From a virus (lineage: Duplodnaviria > Heunggongvirae > Uroviricota > Caudoviricetes): a stretch of 64,000 nt of DNA. The translations under genes and the position numbers were made by a program. Below, piece by piece: positions 18,064 to 26,836 of this stretch. Under the pieces are notes generated by a model. That model was given only the letters and a program-made list of their open reading frames with translations, was not told the DNA's origin and ran no database searches. Where the stretch lies: the IMG/VR virus record IMGVR_UViG_3300032294_001260. One strand, given 5' to 3'. Within the stretch, counting starts at the first letter, position 1, and each line of letters starts with the position of its first letter.

Positions 18064-18684
18064 TTACACCCTGTAGATGAATTTTTCTTCGGTGCCGCCA
18101 AATTTCACTGCGCGACCATCAATAACGTCAAACACAAAGCAACCGCATCCCCAAGGATCGCTGAAGTTGCCCTCACCGAATATGTCGCGAACCGATTGTC
18201 TAATTGGCTCATGCCATCCATAGTCGTGTCCAGCCAAAACGCCACCATTCTTCACTTTTGGCAACCAAGCCCTGATATCTCTGCTGCAGCCTTCATATGA
18301 ATGGTCGCCATCAATGAAGACGAAATCGACAGATCCATCCGCATAGTTTTTTGCCGTCTCTGATGAATCGCCGCGAGTAGCGTTGATGATATGGGATACG
18401 GGTTTAGTGTTTTCCAAAAACCTGTTCATCAAGTCAACACCAAACAGGTCTTGAGTCCCGTCTTGGAGATACCCACCATCAGCCCAAATATCAATACAGT
18501 CGAACTTTATGTTTTTACCAGAGTTGATGATTTCTACAGCCATATATGCTGCTGACATTCCTTTCCAACTCCCCAACTCAACAAAATGACTGCCCGTATC
18601 GAATCTCTTCACCGTTTCCGCATATAAGGCTGGATAGGTAAACCAATTCTCGCCCATATGCGGTTGAAACCAAAAATGTTCCAT
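18064..18684 (-). CDS. Class I SAM methyltransferase (Methyltransf_24-like)
   Basis: VELGSWKGMS, DFVFIDGDHSYEG, GGVLAGHDY. Confidence 0.85.
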   Translation of the reverse strand: MEHFWFQPHMGENWFTYPALYAETVKRFDTGSHFVELGSWKGMSAAYMAVEIINSGKNIKFDCIDIWADGGYLQDGTQDLFGVDLMNRFLENTKPVSHIINATRGDSSETAKNYADGSVDFVFIDGDHSYEGCSRDIRAWLPKVKNGGVLAGHDYGWHEPIRQSVRDIFGEGNFSDPWGCGCFVFDVIDGRAVKFGGTEEKFIYRV

Positions 18685-18686
18685 AA

Positions 18687-19085
18687 TTAAGCCTCTTTCT
18701 TTTTCTTACCAATAGTATATTTGCTCACCAACTGCCATTCGCTCTTTTCTTTGAATGGAAGAATCTTAATCTGACTCAACGGAGCGACATTATCCTTTGT
18801 TTTTGCTGGATCGACAAGTTTTACCAATCCCCATTCAGCCATCAAATTCGCAATCGTATTGCGGCGTTGAATGTCATTTTCTGACATATTGCTAGGCTTA
18901 CCATCCAATTCGAACAGTTCCTTGAAATGCACGATGTAATACTTACCTTGCTTGTGCAGAATATGGCAAGACTGATAAAGGATATTATCGTTTTTTGCAG
19001 CGACACCGATGCGCGTCAAAGTTTCGCGGACCTTGAGGAAGTCGTCTTGCTTCTCTAGTGTGACTTCTACTAATTTTTCGACCAT
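18687..19085 (-). CDS. regA: Translational repressor RegA
   Basis: DDFLKVRETLTRIG, LYQSCHILHKQGKYYIVHFKELF, RRNTIANL. Confidence 0.95.
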   Translation of the reverse strand: MVEKLVEVTLEKQDDFLKVRETLTRIGVAAKNDNILYQSCHILHKQGKYYIVHFKELFELDGKPSNMSENDIQRRNTIANLMAEWGLVKLVDPAKTKDNVAPLSQIKILPFKEKSEWQLVSKYTIGKKKKEA

Positions 19086-19087
19086 GA

Positions 19088-19468
19088 TCAATCACCCTTG
19101 TATAATTGTTTTTTTATTTCGGTGATTTGGTCGTCAGTTAGAATCTTTAATACTTCCTCTGCCTTGGCGTCGGAGTAGCCATAATATTCCTTGACAGCAC
19201 TCAAATCACTACTTTGAACCTTTTTGTGCCATTTTGAATATGGGCGCTTGGAGGCTCTTACGATATATTTATAAAAATCGTATTGTAGCCTTTTATCTAG
19301 GTTGGGGTATTGATTCATCAAGTTAGCATAAAAAACAGTATCTCTATAATAAGATAGAGCCTTATTCACCAAAAATGATGGATAACTCTTTTCATCCGAA
19401 TCTGTTAGCAGTACATTTTCTTTCGTCTGGAGGATGGACGGAAGAATTTCTTTAAATAAATCAGCCAT
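19088..19468 (-). CDS. gp62: Clamp loader small subunit
   Basis: YPSFLVNKALSY, QYDFY, VKEYYGYS; position upstream of regA. Confidence 0.9.
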   Translation of the reverse strand: MADLFKEILPSILQTKENVLLTDSDEKSYPSFLVNKALSYYRDTVFYANLMNQYPNLDKRLQYDFYKYIVRASKRPYSKWHKKVQSSDLSAVKEYYGYSDAKAEEVLKILTDDQITEIKKQLYKGD

Positions 19469-19910
19469 TTTTATTCTTCCTCGCATATTTTTCCAAATAC
19501 TTCACTAGTCTCTTAGCATATTCCAAGTCATCATTCATATTGCCTATAGCCAAATTACATTTGTTGCAGATCCATCCCCTAAAATTTCCAGTTTCATGGT
19601 CGTGGTCGAGAGACCACACTCTACCAGCCTTTCGTTTCCTAAATCGAAGTGTATTGCGAATCGTTTGCTCATCTCGATTACACCCTGGACACAAGTAATT
19701 TTCGGGCGGCGGCGGTATTCTTTTTAGTAGTTGGGCTGTCTGCTTTTTCAATCTTTTAAGACACGAGTTACACGATGAAGTCAATTTGTTTGATCCACTA
19801 TCTTTACCGTAGTTTGACAATGGCTGCATAGACTTGCACTTTTTACAAAAAATGCTTTCTTCTTTAAATTCGGTGGTGTCTATGCATTCAAACAAATCAT
19901 ACAAATTCAT
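19461..19910 (-). mobile_element. Endonuclease VII-type (His-Me) nuclease, probable free-standing homing endonuclease
   Basis: CKKC, CNSC, CPGC, LDHDHETGNFRGWICNKCNLAIG; inserted between gp44 and gp62 with an ATGA overlap. Confidence 0.75.
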
Positions 19911-20842
19911 GGAAACACACATTCCCCCATCATCTCAGTGAGACATGCAGTAAGATTTAACTCCTGATCTGATACAAATGCCGCCTGATATTGGTACTTT
20001 GCAAGTATGACAACCGCGTTTGGAATGGTGGATTTATCCATTATCTCATAAAGAGAATCATATATCTTTCGGTATATTTTGGATGGATCCTCAGTCCCAA
20101 ATTCAGCAACCCATTTTCTCATGGCAGTGAAGTTCTGACTCTTGAGTGCACTTACCAAATCATCCAAAGAAACGTCAACGATGTTGGAAAGGATTCCAAC
20201 ATCAATTTTACCAGAAGTGGAATATCTCTGGAGTTCGTTCAATATTCTGCGGTAGTCTGGGAAATGCTTCTTTACCAATTCGACGACTGCGTTCTTATCG
20301 AAAGGAACTCTTTCCGCGTTCAAAATTTCAACGACACGTTTCATGAACTGTGATGCCATCTTTGGCCGCTCTTCTTTACGCAATCTAAATTCAATCACAG
20401 CACATCGACTGTGCAACGGATCGATGATTCGATTCTTGTAATTGCAAGTGAAGATAAACGTACAGTTGTGTGCAAACTCTTCCATTGCACCACGAAGGGC
20501 TGGCTGAACGCTGTTTGGATTCAGATAATCAGCCTCATCGATGATGATAACTTTTTTACTACCAGTCATTGAGATCGCGCTGGCATAGTTCTTAATCTTG
20601 ATTCTGAACGTATCAATACCCGATTCATCTGAACCATTTATGAAAAGGTAATCGCATCCAATCTCATCACACAATGCCTTGGCAACAGTCGTCTTACCCG
20701 TTCCTGACCCACCACACAACAACAGATGTGGGATATCTTTGCGGTCAACATATGATTGGAAAGTTGCCTTGTATTCATCGGGAAGAATGCAATCGGCAAT
20801 AGTATGGGGGCGATATTTTTCAACCCATAATGCTTCATTCAT
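19907..20842 (-). CDS. gp44: Clamp loader large subunit
   Basis: LWVEKYRP, GSGTGKTT, INGSDE, IIIDEAD, SRC. Confidence 0.95.
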   Translation of the reverse strand: MNEALWVEKYRPHTIADCILPDEYKATFQSYVDRKDIPHLLLCGGSGTGKTTVAKALCDEIGCDYLFINGSDESGIDTFRIKIKNYASAISMTGSKKVIIIDEADYLNPNSVQPALRGAMEEFAHNCTFIFTCNYKNRIIDPLHSRCAVIEFRLRKEERPKMASQFMKRVVEILNAERVPFDKNAVVELVKKHFPDYRRILNELQRYSTSGKIDVGILSNIVDVSLDDLVSALKSQNFTAMRKWVAEFGTEDPSKIYRKIYDSLYEIMDKSTIPNAVVILAKYQYQAAFVSDQELNLTACLTEMMGECVFP

Positions 20843-20851
20843 AATATAACC

Positions 20852-21064
20852 TCACGTTAAACTTTTAATACGTCTCGCGGCCACCAAACAATTCCTGATG
20901 TTTTCTGCGAGTGCATTAGTCATAGCAGTTCTAGTTTTGGCACTATTCATCTGAGCCAGATCAAACTGTCCAGTCAATTCATAGATGCGCATCTCGGACA
21001 ATATCCTGAGCGTATCATTCAAGTTATTTATCAGTTCGTCTGTTTTGTCTTGTAGTTCTTGCAT
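20852..21064 (-). CDS. Hypothetical protein (no clear SD)
   Basis: 70-aa helical ORF starting right after a U-tract. Confidence 0.4.
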   Translation of the reverse strand: MQELQDKTDELINNLNDTLRILSEMRIYELTGQFDLAQMNSAKTRTAMTNALAENIRNCLVAARRIKSLT

Positions 21065-21146
21065 AAAAAAAGATGGGGAGGGGAGGGTGAACTCCCACGG
21101 CGAGCAGTCTGGCGGATTGTGCCGTCAACAGAAGGTTGCACCCCAA
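21064..21146 (-). ncRNA. Candidate structured RNA (four-way junction plus U7)
   Basis: GC-rich intergenic segment that folds by eye into P1 UGGGGUG/CUCCCCA, CAAC/GUUG, ACGGC/GCCGU and GGGAG/CUCCC with no linkers, then a U-tract. Confidence 0.55.
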
Positions 21147-21151
21147 TACGA

Positions 21152-21388
21152 TTAGTTGGCCACGGTTTCGTAGATTTCTTGAAAGTCAGCGTTTTCCGCG
21201 ACTTCTTCAGCATAATTACGCTTATGATAAACCTTTGCCAACCTGCGGCTCAACTTCTTAGGAAGTTCACACTCATCTTGTAGTCGCTGCAGAATTTCTT
21301 TGATAAGATCACGCTCGGCTTCAATTCGAGTGAGTGAATTTGAAATTTCCTCTAGGCAACCCAATACCTTTGCTTTATCTACTTTCAT
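21152..21388 (-). CDS. dsbA: T4 DsbA-like dsDNA-binding protein
   Basis: ISNSLTRIEAERDLIKEI...LAKVYHKRNYAEEVAE...YE. Confidence 0.7.
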   Translation of the reverse strand: MKVDKAKVLGCLEEISNSLTRIEAERDLIKEILQRLQDECELPKKLSRRLAKVYHKRNYAEEVAENADFQEIYETVAN

Positions 21389-22065
21389 GACTGTTCTCCA
21401 AAAGTTGAATTTGCTGCTTCAATAGCGATGTAGTAAGTGATCGGAATATTCTTATGCTTGAATTGCGCAAGACCTTTCTTCGCAATCGCAACATCATATG
21501 AACCATCGAGGAGTTTGAAGTTTTCGATTTTCATAACAGCGCGAAATGTGCCCTTCTGATTGGCAGCACCAATTTTAATTCGAGATTGATCGGATGAATC
21601 ATCTTTGATATCCGTCGCAACAAAATAAATGTCGCTACCATCAGACTCGAAAACTAAATTTGGAGATCCAGAGATACCCGCACTCTTTCGCATCCATTCC
21701 AAATCTTCTTGCGAAATAGTAAATGAATAATCGACATCACCCAATACGATATTCTTCTCGGGCGGGCGAGCGATAACTTTCGGCGAACAAAATTTAATGT
21801 AGTCTGATTTGTTGTTCGAAGTTATGTGCACTCGATCTTGACTGAATGAAATCTTGGCATCTTTGTACAAAGAAATTTTAGCAAGAAGTTTATTAAGGTC
21901 AAACAGGGAAAATTCCTGCGGAATCGTCTCGCTGATTTTAGCCTCAACAAAAATAGTTCCGAGTGGAGAAATTGTTCTTAGAGTGCTTCCTGGCTTGAAT
22001 TGAAGACTTTGATTAATTGCCGAGAAATTTTTTAACACAACTATAGTGTCTTCAGAAAGATTCAT
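21385..22065 (-). CDS. gp45: Sliding clamp
   Basis: MNLSEDTIVVLKNFSAINQS, FSLFDLNKLL, MKIENFKLLDGSYDV, YYIAIEA. Confidence 0.93.
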   Translation of the reverse strand: MNLSEDTIVVLKNFSAINQSLQFKPGSTLRTISPLGTIFVEAKISETIPQEFSLFDLNKLLAKISLYKDAKISFSQDRVHITSNNKSDYIKFCSPKVIARPPEKNIVLGDVDYSFTISQEDLEWMRKSAGISGSPNLVFESDGSDIYFVATDIKDDSSDQSRIKIGAANQKGTFRAVMKIENFKLLDGSYDVAIAKKGLAQFKHKNIPITYYIAIEAANSTFGEQS

Positions 22066-22720
22066 AATTAATTACCTCATTTGCTTCAACATGATTATTA
22101 TATAACGACTTCAAAATATTATCAACTCTAACTTCCAACTCCTTCAATGTGCAATTATTGTCCAAAATAATATCGTAATGCGCACCAATCCAAGCCCATT
22201 CAGAGTAATGGACTTCTGGGTATGCATTACGCATTATCTCGGGCTTATTTTGTACATTGCATTCTCTAGCAAGGTTAAACCACTCAGGATCATCACCGCG
22301 ACGAATGCGAATAACAGTCCCACCAGAATCTTTAATAGAGTTGATTTCATTTGGAAACCTCACATCAGCAATTACATAGTCATTCCAAGGGGCCATTTCA
22401 CAACGACGCATTACTGTATGAACCCAGAGGTCGGGGTGAAATACATCACGACCCGCCTCTGTTCCCATTAGTTGCAATGCTAGTCTTGGTGAAAATTCTC
22501 TTCCGAGTTTCTTTGACCACCACTCATCTTTTTGCTCGCGCCATGCTCTGGATTCTGGAGTCGAACCTTCGAGAAGATCGCGATCCCATCCAAAAATTAT
22601 GGAACAAGCGTCTTTCAGAGAATTGGCGAAACTTTCTTTGACGAACCCGTGGCGTTCAACAAGAATATCAGCAACGGCTCCTTTACCAACTCCAATCGAG
22701 CCAACAAGCCCTATGATCAT
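22052..22720 (-). CDS. gp1: dNMP kinase
   Basis: IIGLVGSIGVGKG, SFANSLK, PRLALQLMGTE, IADVRFPNE, HYSE. Confidence 0.88.
   Translation of the reverse strand: MIIGLVGSIGVGKGAVADILVERHGFVKESFANSLKDACSIIFGWDRDLLEGSTPESRAWREQKDEWWSKKLGREFSPRLALQLMGTEAGRDVFHPDLWVHTVMRRCEMAPWNDYVIADVRFPNEINSIKDSGGTVIRIRRGDDPEWFNLARECNVQNKPEIMRNAYPEVHYSEWAWIGAHYDIILDNNCTLKELEVRVDNILKSLYNNHVEANEVINYESF
22097..22125 (-). promoter_or_regulatory. sigma70 promoter for gp45 inside the dNMP kinase 3' end
   Basis: TTGATA-17-TATAAT, then GAGG RBS. Confidence 0.6.
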
Positions 22721-23532
22721 AGAGTTCCCACGTAATTAGCAACGGCTGGCATATCACCAGTAAACGCATACGTTCCAATGTGGTGAGTCTTCATCCAAGG
22801 GCACAACCAGATCTGGCCACCCAAACGCCTCCACCACTGGCAGAACATATAATCTTCAGACAAATAACGATCTGATCCGAAGCCACCGTTTTCCTTGCTG
22901 TCGATAACAGTATCGAAGTACGCATGGATGTAACGAGATCCATCAAAATTCGCCTGACCAACATGATCTGGCTTATAGCGAAGTTGTGGGTATGCTACGC
23001 GGAATTTATCAAACACTTCACGCTTGACCATCATAAATCCAGTGCCAATTTCAAGAACCTCGATTGGCTCGGCAACTGAGAACTTTTCGGTGCCAGGGGC
23101 TGGATTGAAAACGAAATCGCCAGCAACTTTCTCAAGTTCTGCGGCATTGATTTCTGGGTTCTTCCTGACGGCATCTTTCACCGCAGACCACTTAATCGAC
23201 TTCTTTGGATATGGTCCACCGATGACATCTTTATCTAGCGCGAGCAACGCAATAACATCGCGGGGATCAAAGTGAATGTCTGCGTCCAAGAAAAGTAGAT
23301 TCGTGAATCCTTCTGCGCGAAGGAACTCATCTACAAGGTAGTTGCGGGCGCGAGTAATAAGGGATTCATTAAAAATGAACGAGAATCTACATTCAACGCC
23401 GTACTGGGAACAAATTGCTTGCAAATCCAAACAAGACTTTACAAACATACCGTGTGACATACCACCATACATTGGTGTGGCCACGAAGAGTTTCTTCTTT
23501 CTCAACTCTTCAATTTTTACCTCTAATTGCAT
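22717..23532 (-). CDS. GT-A-fold glycosyltransferase-like protein
   Basis: LFVATPMYGG, NESLITRARN, LLFLDADI, GTGFMMVKR, LSEDYMFC; paralogous to 58775-59416. Confidence 0.7.
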   Translation of the reverse strand: MQLEVKIEELRKKKLFVATPMYGGMSHGMFVKSCLDLQAICSQYGVECRFSFIFNESLITRARNYLVDEFLRAEGFTNLLFLDADIHFDPRDVIALLALDKDVIGGPYPKKSIKWSAVKDAVRKNPEINAAELEKVAGDFVFNPAPGTEKFSVAEPIEVLEIGTGFMMVKREVFDKFRVAYPQLRYKPDHVGQANFDGSRYIHAYFDTVIDSKENGGFGSDRYLSEDYMFCQWWRRLGGQIWLCPWMKTHHIGTYAFTGDMPAVANYVGTL

Positions 23533-23589
23533 ATCAAATTCTCCTAATCATACATAAAACTACACACATTCGTATATAGCACGAATGAA

Positions 23590-24336
23590 TTACGATTTCC
23601 TGAAAATCAGTAAATTTTCATGAACATGCACCGTGTATCCTAATCTTTTACATTGAGGCAGCATGATTTTAATTTTACTAATTTTTTTTCTACTAACGAT
23701 GACTTTGTCTATGACAGAAGCACCGAAGTCTTTAAACATTTTACAGAGTTCGAACTCAAGATCATAATAAACACCACCAGAACGCCAATCACCAACCATA
23801 ATACAAAACGTGGTGCCGACATCAGCCTTCTCGTAGCATCTAGAGAAGATGTGTCTAAGGCTATCGATAAAACCTTCCCAAGTTTTAATTCTGTCGATAC
23901 CCGCATCGGAATGATACTTTTCCAAGTTCCAATATGGAGGACATGTCAGTAAACCGTTAAAATTTGGAATATCGTTCTTGCTACTATCAGCCAAGATATT
24001 ATCGACACCGAAATCTTCTTTGGCTTTTTTTATAGCCACTTCTGATGTATCAAACCCAATGTAAGTTTTACCAGCAGATTTCACTGCATTATGTCGCTCA
24101 CCCCATCCCGCAAATGGATCGAAAACAATGGTGCTGTTCTTTAAAAAGAATTCACAACAGAGTGTTGCGATTTCTTTTGGAAATGGGGAATAGTTTGCGC
24201 GACTAGAAGATTTCGAATGAGATTCTGCTTGTCTTTTTTTCTGCGCTTCAATGTCTATCACTGAAACTGGGAGTATAGACAAGTAATCTTTTTTCGGTTG
24301 CTCTGATTGATCAAAAAAATTTAAAATATCGGGCAT
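23590..24336 (-). CDS. Amino (N4/N6) DNA methyltransferase
   Basis: VFDPFAGWGE (motif I), LLTCPPYWNLEKY (motif IV). Confidence 0.8.
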   Translation of the reverse strand: MPDILNFFDQSEQPKKDYLSILPVSVIDIEAQKKRQAESHSKSSSRANYSPFPKEIATLCCEFFLKNSTIVFDPFAGWGERHNAVKSAGKTYIGFDTSEVAIKKAKEDFGVDNILADSSKNDIPNFNGLLTCPPYWNLEKYHSDAGIDRIKTWEGFIDSLRHIFSRCYEKADVGTTFCIMVGDWRSGGVYYDLEFELCKMFKDFGASVIDKVIVSRKKISKIKIMLPQCKRLGYTVHVHENLLIFRKS

Positions 24337-24349
24337 ACTTTTTATATCT

Positions 24350-24381
24350 AAAAAAAATAGGGGTGCGATAACACCCCTATT
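24350..24381 (-). terminator. Intrinsic terminator
   Basis: 10-bp stem AATAGGGGTG/CACCCCTATT, 6-nt loop, U-tract on the minus strand. Confidence 0.8.
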
Positions 24382-24401
24382 ATTAAACGCTAGATTGTCA
24401 A

Positions 24402-24686
24402 TTAACTACCGACAACATCACGATATAGCGTCTTTCGCGCAAGTCCCAAATTGCCCTTGGTAATATGCTTCTGGAACAGGGCAGATGGATTACCGAGACG
24501 GTAAACAAAAGTCTGAGTACCATCCTTTAGGGTGGTGCGGTTTGTGTAAACCGAAATACCCTTATTACGAGCACGGTAGGCAAGATCGGCAGCATTATCA
24601 ACCTTGAACATCGCACGAACTTGGCGCGATGTCACGGTCTTGCCGCGAGCAAGATAACTAACAAAAGAAACAAGAGCATTAGACAT
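24402..24686 (-). CDS. Small winged-HTH-like protein
   Basis: GKTVTSRQVRAMFKVDNAADLAYRARNKG...VYRLG. Confidence 0.65.
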   Translation of the reverse strand: MSNALVSFVSYLARGKTVTSRQVRAMFKVDNAADLAYRARNKGISVYTNRTTLKDGTQTFVYRLGNPSALFQKHITKGNLGLARKTLYRDVVGS

Positions 24687-24760
24687 ATTTTATCACCTTC
24701 ACAAAAAATACCTCTTCAATAATATTACAAGAGCGAGGCTTATCTTGCAACATACCGTTT

Positions 24761-24789
24761 AGTATATAATACCAAACAGCAAAAGTCAA
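24761..24789 (-). promoter_or_regulatory. sigma70 promoter
   Basis: TTGACT-17-TATACT. Confidence 0.75.
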
Positions 24790-24989
24790 CCTTTTATTTG
24801 AAGATCCCCATCAAACCGTCTTATGATTTCATCTGGATCGTTCTCGGCACCTTGCATAGCCTGTTTGAAGTCCTTGTATGCAGTTTCCATATCATTGTGA
24901 TACTGATTCAGTTCAGTTTCATCGATCCAGATGAGACCAGGGCTGGTCACAGTGATCTTGGGTTGGTTAGGAATTTTAATTTTGTTCAT
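24786..24989 (-). CDS. Hypothetical protein
   Basis: Plausible start MNKIKIPNQ at 24989; the longer track ORF is an alternative-frame extension. Confidence 0.5.
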   Translation of the reverse strand: MNKIKIPNQPKITVTSPGLIWIDETELNQYHNDMETAYKDFKQAMQGAENDPDEIIRRFDGDLQIKG

Positions 24990-25275
24990 CGCTCGCCTCC
25001 GCTTTATTGATGAAATAAATCGCCATTCTTGACCACACCGCTGCGCGGGTCGGCGCACACCCCGCATCCGCCTCCACAACCTCCGCCACAGACCACGCCG
25101 CTGCCACCGCCCCATCCTCCACATATTTTGCAGCACAAGCCGCCTGCGCCGCCGCCTCCGCTGCTTCGGGTGTGCGCTGCTCGCACATGATCTTCCAAGC
25201 CTCGCCATACCCGCGAGCGTCGGCAATCGGTTGGTGCTCTCCTAGGCGAGTCCACATCTCGTTTAAGTCGGTCAT
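24976..25275 (-). CDS. Mini-gene, DLDEMW Ala-rich family
   Basis: MTDLNEMWTRLGEHQPIADARGYG...MAIYFINKA. Confidence 0.7.
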   Translation of the reverse strand: MTDLNEMWTRLGEHQPIADARGYGEAWKIMCEQRTPEAAEAAAQAACAAKYVEDGAVAAAWSVAEVVEADAGCAPTRAAVWSRMAIYFINKAEASDEQN

Positions 25276-25490
25276 TTGCCCCCCGCTTTATTGATGAAAT
25301 AAATCGCCACCGCCACCGCCACCGCCGCCTCCGCCTCCGCCCACGCTAGTTGTGCCGAGGCGCACGCCGCCCTCGCTGCCTCTTCTGTGCGCTGCTCGCA
25401 CATGATCTTCCAAGCCTTGCCGCAGCCACCCGCATCGGCGAACGGCTGGTGTTCTGCGAGACGAATCCACATTGTGTCAAGATTGTCCAT
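25272..25490 (-). CDS. Mini-gene, DLDEMW Ala-rich family
   Basis: MDNLDTMWIRLAEHQPFADAGG...VAIYFINKAGGK. Confidence 0.7.
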   Translation of the reverse strand: MDNLDTMWIRLAEHQPFADAGGCGKAWKIMCEQRTEEAARAACASAQLAWAEAEAAVAVAVAIYFINKAGGK

Positions 25491-25503
25491 ATTTTATCCT
25501 CTC

Positions 25504-25965
25504 TTACCAACTAGAATGGTATTCAAACTCCCAATCCTCTGAAAGAGCAAGAGCGCCGTCAATAATCTTCACCGTGCTTTCAAGATCACTGAAATAAAAC
25601 TTGTTGATTTCAGTGTTGCCGAAGAAGAATCCAGAAACGGGCGGCAAAAGTTTTTCGGCAAGGCTATTATCTGCCAAAACCTGTTCACAAAAACTCTTCA
25701 GTGCCAACAATTGTATTCGGCTGACATAATAGTTAGCGCAATTATCCTTGCCACCCTGTACGTTTTGAACGAACCAATTGTGGATTGCGTTTGCCTTGCG
25801 CCAGTATCCAACCTGAGCAGAAATCTGTTCAATGGGGTTGTATTCTTCGATGACGTATGCCTTCAATTCAGGAAACAACTCCATCATTGCTTCCTTCTTT
25901 ACCCTGTCAGCGACATCGTAATCAGAGAGATACCTTTTAGCATTCAAAAACATATCCAATCCCAT
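25504..25965 (-). CDS. Conserved phage hypothetical protein
   Basis: MGLDMFL...VGYWRKANAIHNWFV...GFFFG...YHSSW. Confidence 0.75.
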   Translation of the reverse strand: MGLDMFLNAKRYLSDYDVADRVKKEAMMELFPELKAYVIEEYNPIEQISAQVGYWRKANAIHNWFVQNVQGGKDNCANYYVSRIQLLALKSFCEQVLADNSLAEKLLPPVSGFFFGNTEINKFYFSDLESTVKIIDGALALSEDWEFEYHSSW

Positions 25966-25974
25966 GATAATCTC

Positions 25975-26145
25975 CTATTTGTGCCTTTCGGCAAAAGTTT
26001 CCATCCAGTTCTTAACGAGATCACGAGCCTCATGCTTGCTGACACCAAAAGTTTCAGCAACATACGGTGCGGCACCAAACATATTGATTGCACCAGTCTC
26101 GCGAAGATCGTCCAGAAACACATTCACTTCTTCTTGCAATGTCAT
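25975..26145 (-). CDS. Conserved phage hypothetical protein
   Basis: FLDDLRETGAINMFGAAPYVAETFG; likely start MTLQEE. Confidence 0.65.
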   Translation of the reverse strand: MTLQEEVNVFLDDLRETGAINMFGAAPYVAETFGVSKHEARDLVKNWMETFAERHK

Positions 26146-26146
26146 A

Positions 26147-26365
26147 TTAATTCCTCTTTGCTCGGTAAATGCTGCCAAGTTGCCCCGACTCGTTGCTGTT
26201 AGTACATTCCAGTCGATGGTCACTGGCTTTGGGGCATCGTTTGTTGCCGCAAATTGGACATACGATCATTTGGGTGGAACTCAACGGAAGAAATCCGTCG
26301 GGACCACGCAAATCCTGTTCCTTGATGCAGCGATGGCACACGCATATTTCTGCAAGATCACTCAT
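26147..26365 (-). CDS. Cys-rich Zn-binding mini-protein
   Basis: CVCHRC...MIVCPICGNKRCPKASDHRLEC. Confidence 0.65.
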   Translation of the reverse strand: MSDLAEICVCHRCIKEQDLRGPDGFLPLSSTQMIVCPICGNKRCPKASDHRLECTNSNESGQLGSIYRAKRN

Positions 26366-26594
26366 ACCTTTTGATATACTCGACCGCTGCCGCATCCGCT
26401 GCCGCCGCTGCCGCCTCTACCGCATACGCCGCATCCGCTGCCGCCTCTGCCGCATACGCCGCCCAAGCCGCATCCCATGCCGCATCTGGTGTGCGCTGCT
26501 CGCACATGATCTTCCAAGCCTTGCCGTAGCCACCCGCATCAGCGAACGACTGATGCGCCTCAAGCAGCGCCCACATTTCGTCAAGGTCGGTCAT
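26358..26594 (-). CDS. Mini-gene, DLDEMW Ala-rich family
   Basis: MTDLDEMWALLEAHQSFADAGGYGKAWKIMCEQRTP. Confidence 0.7.
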   Translation of the reverse strand: MTDLDEMWALLEAHQSFADAGGYGKAWKIMCEQRTPDAAWDAAWAAYAAEAAADAAYAVEAAAAAADAAAVEYIKRYE

Positions 26595-26836
26595 GGCTTG
26601 TCCTCTGCTTTGTTGATAGACTCGATTGCGGTCATTGCCCACGCCGCCGCCCACTCTGCCGACGTTGCCGCCCACTCCGCATTGTTCACAGCCCACTCCG
26701 CCGCACGCTGTGCAGCAAACGCCGCCCGTGGCGTCCGCTCTCGGCGCATCTTGGCCCATTCAGTACCGTAGCCGCGCTTGTCTGCGATCGGCTGATGCGC
26801 CTCAATACGCGCCCACATTTCGTCAAGAGTACTCAT
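26591..26836 (-). CDS. Mini-gene, DLDEMW Ala-rich family
   Basis: MSTLDEMWARIEAHQPIADKRGYG...AIESINKAEDKP. Confidence 0.7.
   Translation of the reverse strand: MSTLDEMWARIEAHQPIADKRGYGTEWAKMRRERTPRAAFAAQRAAEWAVNNAEWAATSAEWAAAWAMTAIESINKAEDKP

Noticed and set aside
19266-19273. TATAAATA inside gp62 as a late promoter for regA
   Set aside because: Single hit within AT-rich coding sequence, about 180 nt from regA; may be chance
21064-21146. tRNA gene (cloverleaf-like, ends ...CCCCA)
   Set aside because: No D-loop GG, no 7-nt TTCRA loop, no U33 anticodon loop, and the CCA is part of the closing stem; kept only as an unknown structured RNA
23567-23587. 7-bp inverted repeat CATTCGT/ACGAATG between the methyltransferase and GT genes
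   Set aside because: Short, no U-tract, no second copy; function cannot be supported
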